DNA from: Candidatus Krumholzibacteriota bacterium | GTDB taxonomy: Bacteria > Krumholzibacteriota > Krumholzibacteriia > LZORAL124-64-63 | Assembly: GCA_039714075.1 (NCBI GenBank) | Contig: JBDLKA010000003.1 | Location: forward strand, 8,789-72,788 | Direction: 5' to 3' | Length of the DNA stretch: 64,000 nt | Shown here: positions 27,722 to 37,872 of the stretch, piece by piece | Position numbering within the stretch: position 1 is the first letter of the stretch | How the letters are laid out: each line of letters begins with the position of its first letter | Translations under genes and position numbers: made by a program | Notes under the pieces: model-generated | What the model was told of the DNA's origin: nothing | The model's input: the letters and a program-made list of their open reading frames with translations, nothing else | Database searches by the model: none

Positions 27722-28590
27722 CGGGACTCCAGATCAAGGCCCAGGTCCAGGGCGGTGACCGAATGGGTCAGTCGTCCCACGGAAGCGGCGTCCACACCGG
27801 CCTGCGCGTATCCGGCGATCGTAGCAAGGGAAATATTGCCCGAGGACTCCAACAGGGTATCCACTCCCGATGCGTCCCTTTGCTGCACCGCCGCGGCCGT
27901 ATCAGCCAGGTTGAAGTTGTCCAGCAGGACCCAATCCACCTGCAGGGGCAGGACCTGTTCCAACTGCTCCAGGGTGTCGACTTCGACCTCGACGGCCAGA
28001 TGGGGGAATTCGCGCCGGGCACAGGCCACGATCCCTTCCACGTGTCCTTGGCCCGCGGCCCAGTGGTTGTCCTTGACCATGACCCTGTCGTAAAGGCCCA
28101 TCCGGTGGTTGCTGCCGCCCCCACAAAGCACCGCGTATTTGGACAGGGCCCGGTAACCGGGCAGGGTTTTACGGGTGTCGAGAACCCGGCAGGACGTGCC
28201 CGCGACCGCCGCCACGTACCGGGCCGTCAAAGAGGCGATGCCGCCGAGAAACTGGAGAAAATTCAGGGCCGTGCGTTCGCCGGTCAGCAGGGAGGAAACC
28301 GGTCCTTCAAGACGAGCCACGACCGCACCCTGTTTCACCGGTGTCCCATCGGTCACGATGCGCTCCACCCCCACCGTGGGATCCAACTCCCCGTACAACA
28401 GATCCAACAGGGGCAGGCCGGCCACCACACCCTCCTGGCGGGACACCAGGCTGCCGGCGCCGGTCTCCGTCGGGCTGACCGAAACCTGCGTGGAAACGTC
28501 CCCGGTTCCCACATCCTCGGCCAGGGCCTGCCGGATGAACTCCCTGAGGTTGTCGTCGGCCGGAAAAACGCTTTCCAGATCGTGTCCCAT
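27718..28590 (-). CDS. nadC: Quinolinate phosphoribosyltransferase
   Basis: ALAEDVGTGDVST, ERTALNFLQ, LDTRKTLPG, NHRMGLYD..MVKDNH, EVEVDT, LLDN. Confidence 0.96.
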   Translation of the reverse strand: MGHDLESVFPADDNLREFIRQALAEDVGTGDVSTQVSVSPTETGAGSLVSRQEGVVAGLPLLDLLYGELDPTVGVERIVTDGTPVKQGAVVARLEGPVSSLLTGERTALNFLQFLGGIASLTARYVAAVAGTSCRVLDTRKTLPGYRALSKYAVLCGGGSNHRMGLYDRVMVKDNHWAAGQGHVEGIVACARREFPHLAVEVEVDTLEQLEQVLPLQVDWVLLDNFNLADTAAAVQQRDASGVDTLLESSGNISLATIAGYAQAGVDAASVGRLTHSVTALDLGLDLESR

Positions 28591-28616
28591 GTCAGTCCCT
28601 CGCCGTTTGTCCGCCA

Positions 28617-30626
28617 TCACTGATCCGCACCGATGCCCCACTGGGCCTTCAAGTCTTCTATCCTGTCCCGCAACGCGGCAGCCTTCTCGAATTCCAGGTC
28701 CTTGGCCGCCGTCGCCATGGCCTCTTCCAGCATGGTCACCATCTGCCGGGGAGACAAGTCCTGATCGACCACGGCCTCCCAGGGCCGCGGATCCTCGGGA
28801 GCGGTTTCCAGGCCCCGGTCGCCGGCCGCGACGGTCGACTGGAGGATTTCCTCCCGGCTTTTCGTGATGGTCCGGGGCACCAGACCGTGCTCCTGGTTCC
28901 AGGCCAACTGCCGCCGGCGCCTCCGTTCGGTTTCATCCATCGCCAGTTTCATGGAGCGGGTGATCCGGTCCGCATACATGACAACTTCGCCGTTGACGTT
29001 CCTGGCCGCACGTCCGGAAGTCTGGATGAGGCTGCGCTCGGACCTGAGGAAACCTTCGCGATCCGCATCCAGAATGGCCACCAGCGACACCTCGGGCAGA
29101 TCGAGTCCCTCGCGCAGGAGATTCACGCCGACCAGGACATCACTTTCCCCCAGGCGGAGCTTCCGCAGGATTTCGATCCGGTCCAGGGCCGAAATATCCG
29201 AATGGAGATAAGTCACCTTCACCCCGGCCTGCGCCAGATAGTCGGTGAGATCCTCCGACATCTTCTTCGTCAGGGTGGTGACCAGGACTCGTTCACCCCT
29301 GGCGGCCACGACCCGGATCCTCTCCAGAAGATCGTCGACCTGATGGCGCACCGGCAGCACCGTCACCGGCGGATCCACCAGACCCGTGGGCCTGATCACC
29401 TGCTCCACCACCACGCCCCCGCATTTTTCCAGTTCGTAGTCCGCCGGGGTGGCGGAAACGAAAACGGTCTGGGGCATGACCTCTTCGAACTCTTCGAATT
29501 TCAGGGGCCGGTTGTCCAGCGCGCTCGGCAGGCGGAAGCCGTGTTCCACCAAGCTCGCCTTGCGGGACCTGTCCCCGTGGTACATGGCCCCGATCTGGGG
29601 GATCGATGCATGGGATTCGTCGATGATCATAAAAAAATCTTCCGGGAAGTAGTCCAACAGGCAGGCGGGACGCTCGCCTTCCCGGCGATTGTCGAAGTAC
29701 CGCGAATAGTTTTCCACGCCCGCGCAATGCCCGATCTGCTGGATCATTTCCATGTCGTAGCGGGTGCGGGAGGCCAGCCTTTGCGCCTCCAGCGGCTTGC
29801 CCAACTCGTCCAATTCCCCCAGCCGGGTTTCCAGGTCCCTGCCGATGGCGTCCACCACCTTGCCGATGCCCCCCTTGTCGGTGACGAACTGCGTGGCCGG
29901 AGAAACGACGGCGTTGTCGGCTGCCCCGAGGGCCCGTCCGGTCAACGGTTCGATCCAGGTCAGGGCCTCGATCTCGTCACCGAAAAATTCAACCCGCAGG
30001 ACCCTTTCCTCGAAAGCGGAACGGATCTCCACCGTGTCCCCGCGAACCCTGAAGGTCCCGAATCCGTATTCGTGGTCGCTGCGCCCGTAACCCATCTCCA
30101 CCATGCGGCCCAGGAGTTCATCCCGGTCGATCTCCAGGCCGACCCGCAGGGCGACCATGCTGTCCTTGAAGGTTTTCGGATTGCCCACGCCGTAGATCGC
30201 CGAAACGCTGGCCACCACGATGACGTCCCGCCGGGCCAGCAGGCTGCTGGTCGCGCGCAGCCGCAGGCGCTCGATCTCGTCGTTGATGCTGGTGTCCTTC
30301 TCGATGTAGGTATTGGTGGAAGGAATGAACGCTTCGGGCTGGTAGTAGTCGTAGTAGGAGATGAAAAACTCGACGGCGTTGTCGGGAAAGAAACTCTTGA
30401 GCTCCCCGTACAGCTGGGCCGCCAGGGTCTTGTTGTGGCTGAAGACGAGAGTCGGTTTTTCCAGCTGGGCAATGGTATTGGCCATGGTGAAGGTCTTGCC
30501 CGAGCCTGTCACCCCCAGCAGGGTCTGGAACCGGGAACCCTTGCGGGCCTCGCGCACCAATTCGGCAATGGCCGCCGGCTGGTCACCGGTCGGCTGAAAA
30601 GGGGACACGAGGCGGAACAATCCCAT
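28617..30626 (-). CDS. uvrB: Excinuclease ABC subunit B
   Basis: PTGDQP, LGVTGSGKTFT, HNKTLAAQL, YYDYYQPEA, GFRLPSALDNRPL, NLLREGLD, C-terminal UVR domain; start MGLFRL at 30626. Confidence 0.98.
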   Translation of the reverse strand: MGLFRLVSPFQPTGDQPAAIAELVREARKGSRFQTLLGVTGSGKTFTMANTIAQLEKPTLVFSHNKTLAAQLYGELKSFFPDNAVEFFISYYDYYQPEAFIPSTNTYIEKDTSINDEIERLRLRATSSLLARRDVIVVASVSAIYGVGNPKTFKDSMVALRVGLEIDRDELLGRMVEMGYGRSDHEYGFGTFRVRGDTVEIRSAFEERVLRVEFFGDEIEALTWIEPLTGRALGAADNAVVSPATQFVTDKGGIGKVVDAIGRDLETRLGELDELGKPLEAQRLASRTRYDMEMIQQIGHCAGVENYSRYFDNRREGERPACLLDYFPEDFFMIIDESHASIPQIGAMYHGDRSRKASLVEHGFRLPSALDNRPLKFEEFEEVMPQTVFVSATPADYELEKCGGVVVEQVIRPTGLVDPPVTVLPVRHQVDDLLERIRVVAARGERVLVTTLTKKMSEDLTDYLAQAGVKVTYLHSDISALDRIEILRKLRLGESDVLVGVNLLREGLDLPEVSLVAILDADREGFLRSERSLIQTSGRAARNVNGEVVMYADRITRSMKLAMDETERRRRRQLAWNQEHGLVPRTITKSREEILQSTVAAGDRGLETAPEDPRPWEAVVDQDLSPRQMVTMLEEAMATAAKDLEFEKAAALRDRIEDLKAQWGIGADQ

Positions 30627-30634
30627 GGCGGCCC

Positions 30635-31963
30635 CTACCGGTCCACAGAGAAGCCGGCCGCGTGGGAATCCAGGATGAGTTCCTGGCCCGCCCTCAACTT
30701 GGAGATATCCCTGACCTGGCCGTTGACGGCCACCTCGACCCCGCGCACGCGGGCCAGAATCAGGCTGAAGTGATCCTCGGCGCCCCAGAAGACAACCAGG
30801 CGGTTCCCCTGCCGGTAGGCGCGGCCGGCCTCGAACCCGGCCGCGGGAATCTCGGGAACCGTCTCGGATTCGGCAGGCCACAGCACCTCGCTGGATTCGC
30901 GTTCGCCGTCCCGCTTGACCAGGATCCGCTGCGGAGCGTCGCAGACGACACTCAGGACCAGAGCCCAGGCGGAATCGGGAGGGTCCATCCCGGTCGACGG
31001 AACTTCCGCCTGCTCCTGGACGGTGTCTGGTGCGCTCGGGGTTTCCGCTGGGCGAATCTCAACCGAACCGGTTGTCGCTTCAGGTTCGGATTCGGGCTCG
31101 GGTTCGGGTTCAGGTTCGGATCTTGGGGTCTCGACCGGATCGATTTCAGGGGGGTCTTCCCGCGGCACATCCACGGATACGCCGGCAGCCGGCAAGCCCT
31201 CGGCCTGGCTCGCGGGGAGGGGGTTCGAAACTTCCGGCTCCATATCCGGGGCAGCCGAAACTTCCATCTCTTCCACAGGCGGGTCCGGGTTCAACTGCCA
31301 GCCCAGGGAAAGGGTGTCGGCAGGGGATTCCCTTCCTTCGGAGGCGAAATCACTTCTTTCCGGAACGGGGTCCACCACCACATCCGCCCTCTCCTTGAGT
31401 TCCGCTTCCGTCTCCGGAGGAATCAGGGATTCCCTCCGCGGGTCACCGGCGGACGCCGAATCCTGGGCGACCCCGGCCGGAAGGGTTTTCACTTCGACCG
31501 GCATTGCCGACTCACCCGCGGTCTCTTCCCTTTGCCACAGTTCATCCTCCTGGTCGCCATCGCAACCACGCATTCCGAACAGCACGGCCCCGACCAGGAC
31601 CGCCACTACCCCGGCGCCCAGAAAAATTTTCACCCAGGGAAGTCCGATGCGGCTGACTTCAACTTTTTCCTCTTCCCAGACCATGTCGGCCCCGGACGCG
31701 GTCCCCTGCTGTTCCCCGGAGATCTTGTTGTACAACCCCAGAACGGATTCCGGTTCCAGGCCGAGATCCGTCGCGCAGGTCCGCAGAAAGCTCTTGATAT
31801 AAAGGGGGCCGGATATCTTGTGGTACTCGTCGAGTTCAAGGGCAGACAGGACCGGCGGCGGGATCTTGGTCCGCTCCGACAGTTGGGCGATGGTCAGATC
31901 CTGGGCCTGGCGGGCCTCGCTGATCATCTCCCCGGGCGTTTTCAGTAGGGGCTTGTCGCTCAT
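30635..31963 (-). CDS. rodZ: RodZ-like protein (HTH_25 - TM - Pro/Glu-rich linker - C-terminal beta domain)
   Basis: GEMISEARQAQDLTIAQLSERTKI...ALE...YIKSFLRTCATDLGL, single TM, acidic low-complexity linker, C-terminal GVEVAVNGQ. Confidence 0.8.
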   Translation of the reverse strand: MSDKPLLKTPGEMISEARQAQDLTIAQLSERTKIPPPVLSALELDEYHKISGPLYIKSFLRTCATDLGLEPESVLGLYNKISGEQQGTASGADMVWEEEKVEVSRIGLPWVKIFLGAGVVAVLVGAVLFGMRGCDGDQEDELWQREETAGESAMPVEVKTLPAGVAQDSASAGDPRRESLIPPETEAELKERADVVVDPVPERSDFASEGRESPADTLSLGWQLNPDPPVEEMEVSAAPDMEPEVSNPLPASQAEGLPAAGVSVDVPREDPPEIDPVETPRSEPEPEPEPESEPEATTGSVEIRPAETPSAPDTVQEQAEVPSTGMDPPDSAWALVLSVVCDAPQRILVKRDGERESSEVLWPAESETVPEIPAAGFEAGRAYRQGNRLVVFWGAEDHFSLILARVRGVEVAVNGQVRDISKLRAGQELILDSHAAGFSVDR

Positions 31964-32032
31964 CGGGGCCTCCTTGTGACCGGAACGACCACGGAGGTCT
32001 TCCGGATCCGCTCCCGGGCCGTCGCCACGGCG

Positions 32033-34801
32033 CTAGCCCAGGGCATCCAACATCTCTCTGAGTTTGCCCGCCTTGGTCTCGTTTTCCGCCAACAGGTCCT
32101 TTTGCTTCTGCACCACGTGATCGGGTGCGTTGGCGGTGAACTTCTCGTTCGCCAACTTGGCGCGGCAACCCTTCATCCAATTTTCGATCCCGGCCAGTTC
32201 CTTGTTGAGCCGGGCTTTTTCCTTGTCCAGGTCGACCAGTCCCTCCATCGGCAGAAAAATTTCCACGGCACCGGCCACCGTCGCCCCCGCGGGTGACGGG
32301 TCGGGGCCTCCGACCACTACTTCGGCGTCTTCCATCTTGGCAAGCAGGGCAATGAGCGCCAGCCCGCCGGTGAGTTCGGCCGCGACGGCGTCACCGGGCA
32401 CCCGCAGGATGGCGCGCCCTCTTTTACCCGGCTGGACGCCGAGTTCATTGCGCAGGTTACGGATCGCCCCCACGATTTCCATGACCTGTTCAAACCCGGC
32501 ACACTCCCTTTGGAAAGGGGTTTTCCCACGAAAGCCGGGGAAAGAGGAGTTCATCAGGAAACCACGCGACGGCGGCAGCCAACTCCACAATTCCTCGGTG
32601 ATGAAGGGCATCACCGGATGCAGCAGCTTGTAACTGACCGCCAGGCCGAGAACGGCCGTCGCCAGTACGGGACCACGTTCCTGCTCATCGCGCAGGCGCG
32701 GTTTGATGGCTTCGAGGTACCAGTCGCAGAATTCATGCCGGAAGAAGTTGAACACCCCGTAGGCCGCATCGTTGAGGCGGCGTTTCTCCATGTTGGCGCC
32801 GCATCCGGAAACCGTGTCCAGGAGACGGCCCAGGATCCAGCGGTCCTCCAGCCTCAGATCGCCGTCCTGCAGTTCGACGGGCGGGGTGCCGCCAAACACG
32901 CCGGTCCACAATTCGGCAAACAGGCCGGCGGGCCGTTCGGCCCAGTCGTCGGCAGAACCAAGGGATTCGATCTCCAGGATCCGGGGCGCGGTGTCGTTGG
33001 GGTTGCCGTCCGGCAGACCGGCTTCCTCCCAGGTGCCGAGCACGAGTTTGGTGGCCTGGAAGATCTTGTTGCAGAAATTCCTACCCACTTCCAGGGTCGC
33101 CTCGGAGAAAAAGATGTCCTGGCCGGTGGGCGTGAGCATGACCAGGCTGCACCGCAGGGCATCGGAACCGTATTCATCGATGAGGAGGATCGGATCCGGA
33201 CTGTTCCCCAGCGACTTGCTCATCTTGCGGCCCTGGTCGTCCCGGACGATCCCGTGGAACAGGACTTCGGCGAAGGGCTTTTCCGCCTTGAATTCGTAAC
33301 TGGCCATGATCATCCGGGCGACCCAGAAGAAGATGATGTCCGGCGCCGTCACCAGGACCGACGTCGGGTGGAATTTTTCCTGGTCCGGGGTCTGGTCCGG
33401 CCAGCCCAGCGGAGAGAATGTCCACAGCCAGCTGCTGAACCAGGTGTCCAGGACATCCTCTTCCTGGGTCAATTTCCCGCCACCGCAGGCGGGGCAGGCG
33501 GCGGGTGCGGTCCGGGCGGCGATCTCCTCGTCGCAGCCGTCGCAATACCAGACGGGGATGCGGTGCCCCCACCAGAGCTGCCTGCTGATGCACCAGTCCC
33601 GGATGTTGTTCATCCAGTTGTCGTAGACACCGACCCAGCGTTCGGGAAACAGTTTGATCTCACCCTCGGCCACGGCCTTGACCGCCGGAGCCGCCAGCTC
33701 ATCCATCTTCAGGAACCATTGCCGCGACAGGTACGGCTCGATGACATGGCCGCACCGGTCATGGTGACCCACCTGGTGCACATGCTTCTCGGTCTTGTCC
33801 AGCAAACCGTCCTTGTCCAGGGCCTCGACCACCGCCTGGCGGCATTCGGACCGGCCCAGCCCGGCAAAGGCGCCGGCCTGCTCGTTCATGACCCCCGCGG
33901 GCGTCATGCAGATGACCTGCTCCAGATCGTGGCGGCGACCCACCTCGAAGTCGTTGGGATCGTGGGCCGGGGTGATCTTCACGAACCCGGTGCCTTTTTC
34001 CGGATCTGCGTGATGGTCGCCGATGATGGGGATTTCCCGGTCGGTCAGAGGCAGTTTGACCATCTTGCCGATCAGTTGTTTGCGCTCGGGATCGTTGGGA
34101 TGGACCGCCACGGCGGTATCACCGAACATGGTTTCGGGTCGCGTGGTGGCCACCGTCACGTGCCCGCCGCCGTCGGCCAGCGGATATTTCAGATGCCAGA
34201 GGTGTCCTTCAATCTCCTGGTACTCGACTTCATCGTCGCTGATGGCCGTCAGGTCATGGGGACACCAGTTGACCAGGTAGACGTCCCGGTAGATCAGTCC
34301 TTTTTCCTTGAGCAGGACAAAAGCCTCGGTCACCGCGCGGTTCCTGGCCTCATCCATGGTGAAGGCTTCGCGGCTCCAGTCCAGCGAGCAGCCCAGGCGC
34401 CTGATCTGCTGCGTGATCCTTCCATGGGTCTGGTCCTTCCAGTTCCAGGCACGTTCCAGAAACGCGTCCCGCCCCACTTCCCGCTTGTCTATTCCCTCGG
34501 CGGCCATCTGACGGCTGACCACCTGTTCGGTGGCGATGCTCGCGTGATCGGTCCCGGGTATCCACAGGGCCGGCTGTCCCCGCATCCGGGCCCACCGGAT
34601 CAACGTATCCTGGATGCTGTTGCCCAGACAGTGTCCCATATGAAGAATGCCGGTCACGTTCGGTGGCGGCAAGGTGATGACGAACGGGTCACCCTCGAGA
34701 TCGGGATCCGGACCGAAGAGGCCCGCCTCTTCCCACGCCGCGTACCACTTTTCCTCGATGCCGCCGGGGGCGTATTGCGACATGTTCCTGATTTCTTCCA
34801 C
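32033..34801 (-). CDS. valS: Valine--tRNA ligase
   Basis: PPPNVTGILHMGH, GTDHASIAT, DWCISRQLWWGH, KMSKS, C-terminal coiled coil; the start may be 34783. Confidence 0.98.
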   Translation of the reverse strand: MEEIRNMSQYAPGGIEEKWYAAWEEAGLFGPDPDLEGDPFVITLPPPNVTGILHMGHCLGNSIQDTLIRWARMRGQPALWIPGTDHASIATEQVVSRQMAAEGIDKREVGRDAFLERAWNWKDQTHGRITQQIRRLGCSLDWSREAFTMDEARNRAVTEAFVLLKEKGLIYRDVYLVNWCPHDLTAISDDEVEYQEIEGHLWHLKYPLADGGGHVTVATTRPETMFGDTAVAVHPNDPERKQLIGKMVKLPLTDREIPIIGDHHADPEKGTGFVKITPAHDPNDFEVGRRHDLEQVICMTPAGVMNEQAGAFAGLGRSECRQAVVEALDKDGLLDKTEKHVHQVGHHDRCGHVIEPYLSRQWFLKMDELAAPAVKAVAEGEIKLFPERWVGVYDNWMNNIRDWCISRQLWWGHRIPVWYCDGCDEEIAARTAPAACPACGGGKLTQEEDVLDTWFSSWLWTFSPLGWPDQTPDQEKFHPTSVLVTAPDIIFFWVARMIMASYEFKAEKPFAEVLFHGIVRDDQGRKMSKSLGNSPDPILLIDEYGSDALRCSLVMLTPTGQDIFFSEATLEVGRNFCNKIFQATKLVLGTWEEAGLPDGNPNDTAPRILEIESLGSADDWAERPAGLFAELWTGVFGGTPPVELQDGDLRLEDRWILGRLLDTVSGCGANMEKRRLNDAAYGVFNFFRHEFCDWYLEAIKPRLRDEQERGPVLATAVLGLAVSYKLLHPVMPFITEELWSWLPPSRGFLMNSSFPGFRGKTPFQRECAGFEQVMEIVGAIRNLRNELGVQPGKRGRAILRVPGDAVAAELTGGLALIALLAKMEDAEVVVGGPDPSPAGATVAGAVEIFLPMEGLVDLDKEKARLNKELAGIENWMKGCRAKLANEKFTANAPDHVVQKQKDLLAENETKAGKLREMLDALG

Positions 34802-35018
34802 GCGTCACTCCTGTCAATTCCCTGAATCTCTCGGGCCTGGCTCGCCGGGTGCAGGCAGGAGACGTAGACGGACCGTTCGCACCCGGGAATTCGGAAATCT
34901 AACATCTGGCCACGGTCGGAGCAATGGGCGAGAAATCCAGCGCGAAATCCTGCGTCCGAACACGTGATGTGCTACTATGCCTGCGCAACCGGCGATCCTG
35001 CAACCTCGAGGCCCCTTC

Positions 35019-37574
35019 ATGCGGAACCTGACCGTATATCCCGAGAGCATTTTTGAGCGGACCACTCGTCTGGCGGGCCTGTTTCTGCTGGCCCCCGTCC
35101 TGATGATCCTGACCCTGCCGGTCCTGTTGCACATCAATCAAAAACCCGAGTTCGGCTTTTCGGTCGTCAGGCAGGAAGTGGTCGAAATCGTCCACTCCGG
35201 TCCGGCCGACCAGGCGGGGCTGCGCAAGGGCGACACCATCATGGCCATCGACGGGCTGCCCGTCAGCGACATGCCCACCTACTTCGCGGCCCTGGCCGGC
35301 CGGTACGATTTGACGCCTCTTCCGGTAGAGTTCCGGCGGGGAATCACCAAACGGATCCTGATCATAATTCCCACGCCGCCGACGCAAGGGGTCATGATCC
35401 GCAGTTACGGGGTCTGGGTTTCCGGACTCGCCTTTTTGATGATCGGCTTCTGGGTTCTTTTGCGCCGGCGTGATCCCGTGGCCCGCAATTTCTTCTCCCT
35501 GTGTTTCATCTTCGCCTTTTTCCTGCTGGACATACCCGACCACACCAACGTCACATACATGGTGGCCAAGGAACTGATCCGGTATCTGTTCCAGCTTTTG
35601 CTGCCGGCCTACTTCCTGCGGTTTTTTCTCCAGTTCCCCAGCTCCCGCAGCAGGTCGGCCCGCGAAAAGATCCAGCTCCGGCTGCTTCTGGTTCCGGGTT
35701 GGGTGCTTTTCGGGATATTCGCCTGGTTGTTTTTCCTGAATCCGGTGCCCGGCGGCATCGTGGAATCCACCCTGGAAATCGTTTCCCTTATCTATCTGCT
35801 GGGCTACTTCCTGACCGGGCTGGCCATATTCGCCCGCAGGGTCATGCGCCGCGACCGTCCCATCCAGCAAACCAAGCTGAAGGTCATCCTGTGGGGCCTC
35901 ATCTGCGGCCTGGCTCCTTTCATTGCAGGCATGGTCCTGGGAAACCTCGGCCCGGGGGCCTCCCTCCCCCAATTGCAGTACCTGGCCTTTTCCCTCCTGC
36001 TGGTCCCGATCAGTTTCGGCATGGCCATTTTGCGCTACGGAGCCCTGGACCGGGCCTTTGTCGTCCGCGCCAGCATCATCTACGGCCTGCTCACCGTTCT
36101 GGTGCTCCTGATATATTTCGTGATCGTCCTGGGCCTGGGTGAATTCCTGGGGCGGATTTTCAAGGTCGATACCTACGGGGTCCTGCTGGTGGTCATGGCC
36201 GGCAGCAGCCTGGCCATCCTGCCTTTGCGCCGCTGGATCCAGGGCACCATCGACAACGCCTTCTATCCCGCCCGCCGCGCCAACCGCCGCACCATGACAG
36301 TCCTGGCGGACCGCCTGACCGGCCTGATCGACCCCGAAGAAGTCATTCAGACCCTGCTGACAAGTCTCGACGACCTTTTCCGGCCCGACACCATTGCCCT
36401 GTTCCTTTCACCGGGCGACGGACAGGGGCCTTTCAAGGCCCGCTTGCCCGCGGAAGATACCGGGGGTCCTCACCGGAATGTCCGGACCGCCGAGACGGAC
36501 CCCGCTCCCCCGGAGGACTATCCGCTCCTGGACCAGGGCAGCGGGCTGGCCATCCTGCTGAACCGGATCCGTCGGCCCGTGTTCACCGAGGAGTTTGAAG
36601 ATCTCCTGTTTTCCGGGGACACGGACCTGGCCTCGCTCAAGGTTTTGACCCGCATCCGGGCCGTCCTGCTGGTGCCGATGATCGGGGGCAACCGCCTGGT
36701 GGGGTTCCTGACTTTCGGCCCCAAGAGCAACGGCGCCCTCTACAGCCAGGAGGAGTTGGCCAACCTGAGGGCCCTGGGGATCCAGGCCGCCTCCCTGATC
36801 GAGAGCCGCCAACTCTATCTGGAAAGCCTCGGCCGCAAACGCCTGGAAACCGAACTCGAGGTCGCGCGTGACATCCAGGGCCGCCTGCTGCCCACCGGAC
36901 CGTTGGATACGGATTTTTTCAGCATCTGCGGCCGCAACGAACCCTGCCGCATGGTGGGTGGGGATTATTTCGACTATTTCCACCTTGAAGACGGCAGTCT
37001 GGGCTTTGCCATAGCCGACGTTTCCGGCAAGGGCATCCCCGCGGCCCTGATGATGACCTCCCTGGTTGCCGCCTTCCGCCGGGAGGCCAAGGCGGGCACG
37101 GGCCCGCGCCGCGTCATGGACCGGCTGAACCCCGTGGTGGCCTCGCTGGTGTCGGCGGGCAACTTCATCTGCCTGTTTTTCGGAATATGGAATCCGGACA
37201 CGGGAGTGGTCCACTATTGCAATGCGGGCATGGATCCCCCGATCCTGTTCCGGCCCCGGGCCTTCTACCGGCAAAAGCTCAAAAGGGGCGGTCCCGTACT
37301 CGGGGTCGAGCCCAACCGGCACTACCGGGAGGGCGCGCTGGCCCTCGAACCCGGCGACCGCCTGTTCATGTTCACCGACGGCATGACCGAAGAGCAGAAT
37401 CCCCTGGGGGATTTCTTTGACACCGAACGCCTGCTGGACCTGGTTGCCGACAACCTGGAATCTTCCCCATTGCGCCTTATCGACAAGATTTTTTCCGCCG
37501 TCAATGCGTTTGGCGGTGAAGAGAAGACGGATGACAAGACTGCAATCGTATTGGAAATAAAGAACCTACAATAA
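35019..37574 (+). CDS. Membrane sensor phosphatase: PDZ - multi-TM - GAF - SpoIIE/PP2C
   Basis: SGPADQAGLRKGDTIMAIDG (PDZ), about 9 TM segments, GAF-like LLVPMIGGNRLVGFLTFGPK, PP2C motifs VGGDYFD, IADVSGKG, CNAG, FTDGMTE, DDKT. Confidence 0.9.
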   Translation: MRNLTVYPESIFERTTRLAGLFLLAPVLMILTLPVLLHINQKPEFGFSVVRQEVVEIVHSGPADQAGLRKGDTIMAIDGLPVSDMPTYFAALAGRYDLTPLPVEFRRGITKRILIIIPTPPTQGVMIRSYGVWVSGLAFLMIGFWVLLRRRDPVARNFFSLCFIFAFFLLDIPDHTNVTYMVAKELIRYLFQLLLPAYFLRFFLQFPSSRSRSAREKIQLRLLLVPGWVLFGIFAWLFFLNPVPGGIVESTLEIVSLIYLLGYFLTGLAIFARRVMRRDRPIQQTKLKVILWGLICGLAPFIAGMVLGNLGPGASLPQLQYLAFSLLLVPISFGMAILRYGALDRAFVVRASIIYGLLTVLVLLIYFVIVLGLGEFLGRIFKVDTYGVLLVVMAGSSLAILPLRRWIQGTIDNAFYPARRANRRTMTVLADRLTGLIDPEEVIQTLLTSLDDLFRPDTIALFLSPGDGQGPFKARLPAEDTGGPHRNVRTAETDPAPPEDYPLLDQGSGLAILLNRIRRPVFTEEFEDLLFSGDTDLASLKVLTRIRAVLLVPMIGGNRLVGFLTFGPKSNGALYSQEELANLRALGIQAASLIESRQLYLESLGRKRLETELEVARDIQGRLLPTGPLDTDFFSICGRNEPCRMVGGDYFDYFHLEDGSLGFAIADVSGKGIPAALMMTSLVAAFRREAKAGTGPRRVMDRLNPVVASLVSAGNFICLFFGIWNPDTGVVHYCNAGMDPPILFRPRAFYRQKLKRGGPVLGVEPNRHYREGALALEPGDRLFMFTDGMTEEQNPLGDFFDTERLLDLVADNLESSPLRLIDKIFSAVNAFGGEEKTDDKTAIVLEIKNLQ

Positions 37575-37733
37575 TTCCCGCCCGGCGGTCCCCTTCTTGC
37601 TCAAGTAAGGATGGACCCGGCCGATGATCAGGGGTTTCGCGGGTGCGAAATTTCCCTCAAGGCCCCAGCCTTCCGGCCGATTCCCTTTTAGTCCGCATCG
37701 TTTCACATCAGTCCTGGAAAGGGGGGGATCGGC

Positions 37734-37802
37734 ATGGTGCCGGAAACTTATATCCTGGTTGGCTTGTCGTTGATCGATCTCTTTTGGTGGTTGAGAAAAT
37801 GA
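37734..37802 (+). CDS. Putative 22-aa hydrophobic small protein (type I toxin-like)
   Basis: Manual translation MVPETYILVGLSLIDLFWWLRK*; purine-rich RBS GGAAAGGGGGGG just upstream; terminator downstream; below the ORF-track length cutoff. Confidence 0.45.
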   Translation: MVPETYILVGLSLIDLFWWLRK

Positions 37803-37815
37803 CACACGCGATCTA

Positions 37816-37858
37816 GCCCCTGGCTGCCGGTTCTCGCCACGGTCAGGGGTATTTTTTT
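37816..37858 (+). terminator. Intrinsic terminator (plus strand)
   Basis: GCCCCTGGCTG...CGGTCAGGGGT stem (with G-U pairs) followed by T7. Confidence 0.65.
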
Positions 37859-37872
37859 GCCCAAAATCACGC

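Noticed and set aside
31078-31125. ggttc(a/g) repeats in rodZ
   Set aside because: They encode a PEPEPE linker, which is common low-complexity sequence.
37620-37700. c-di-GMP-I riboswitch or 6S RNA in the PP2C-crcB gap
   Set aside because: Only a GCCTTCCGGCC fragment resembles the riboswitch; the GGCAAA and GACGCAAAGC elements are missing, and I see no long 6S-like duplex.
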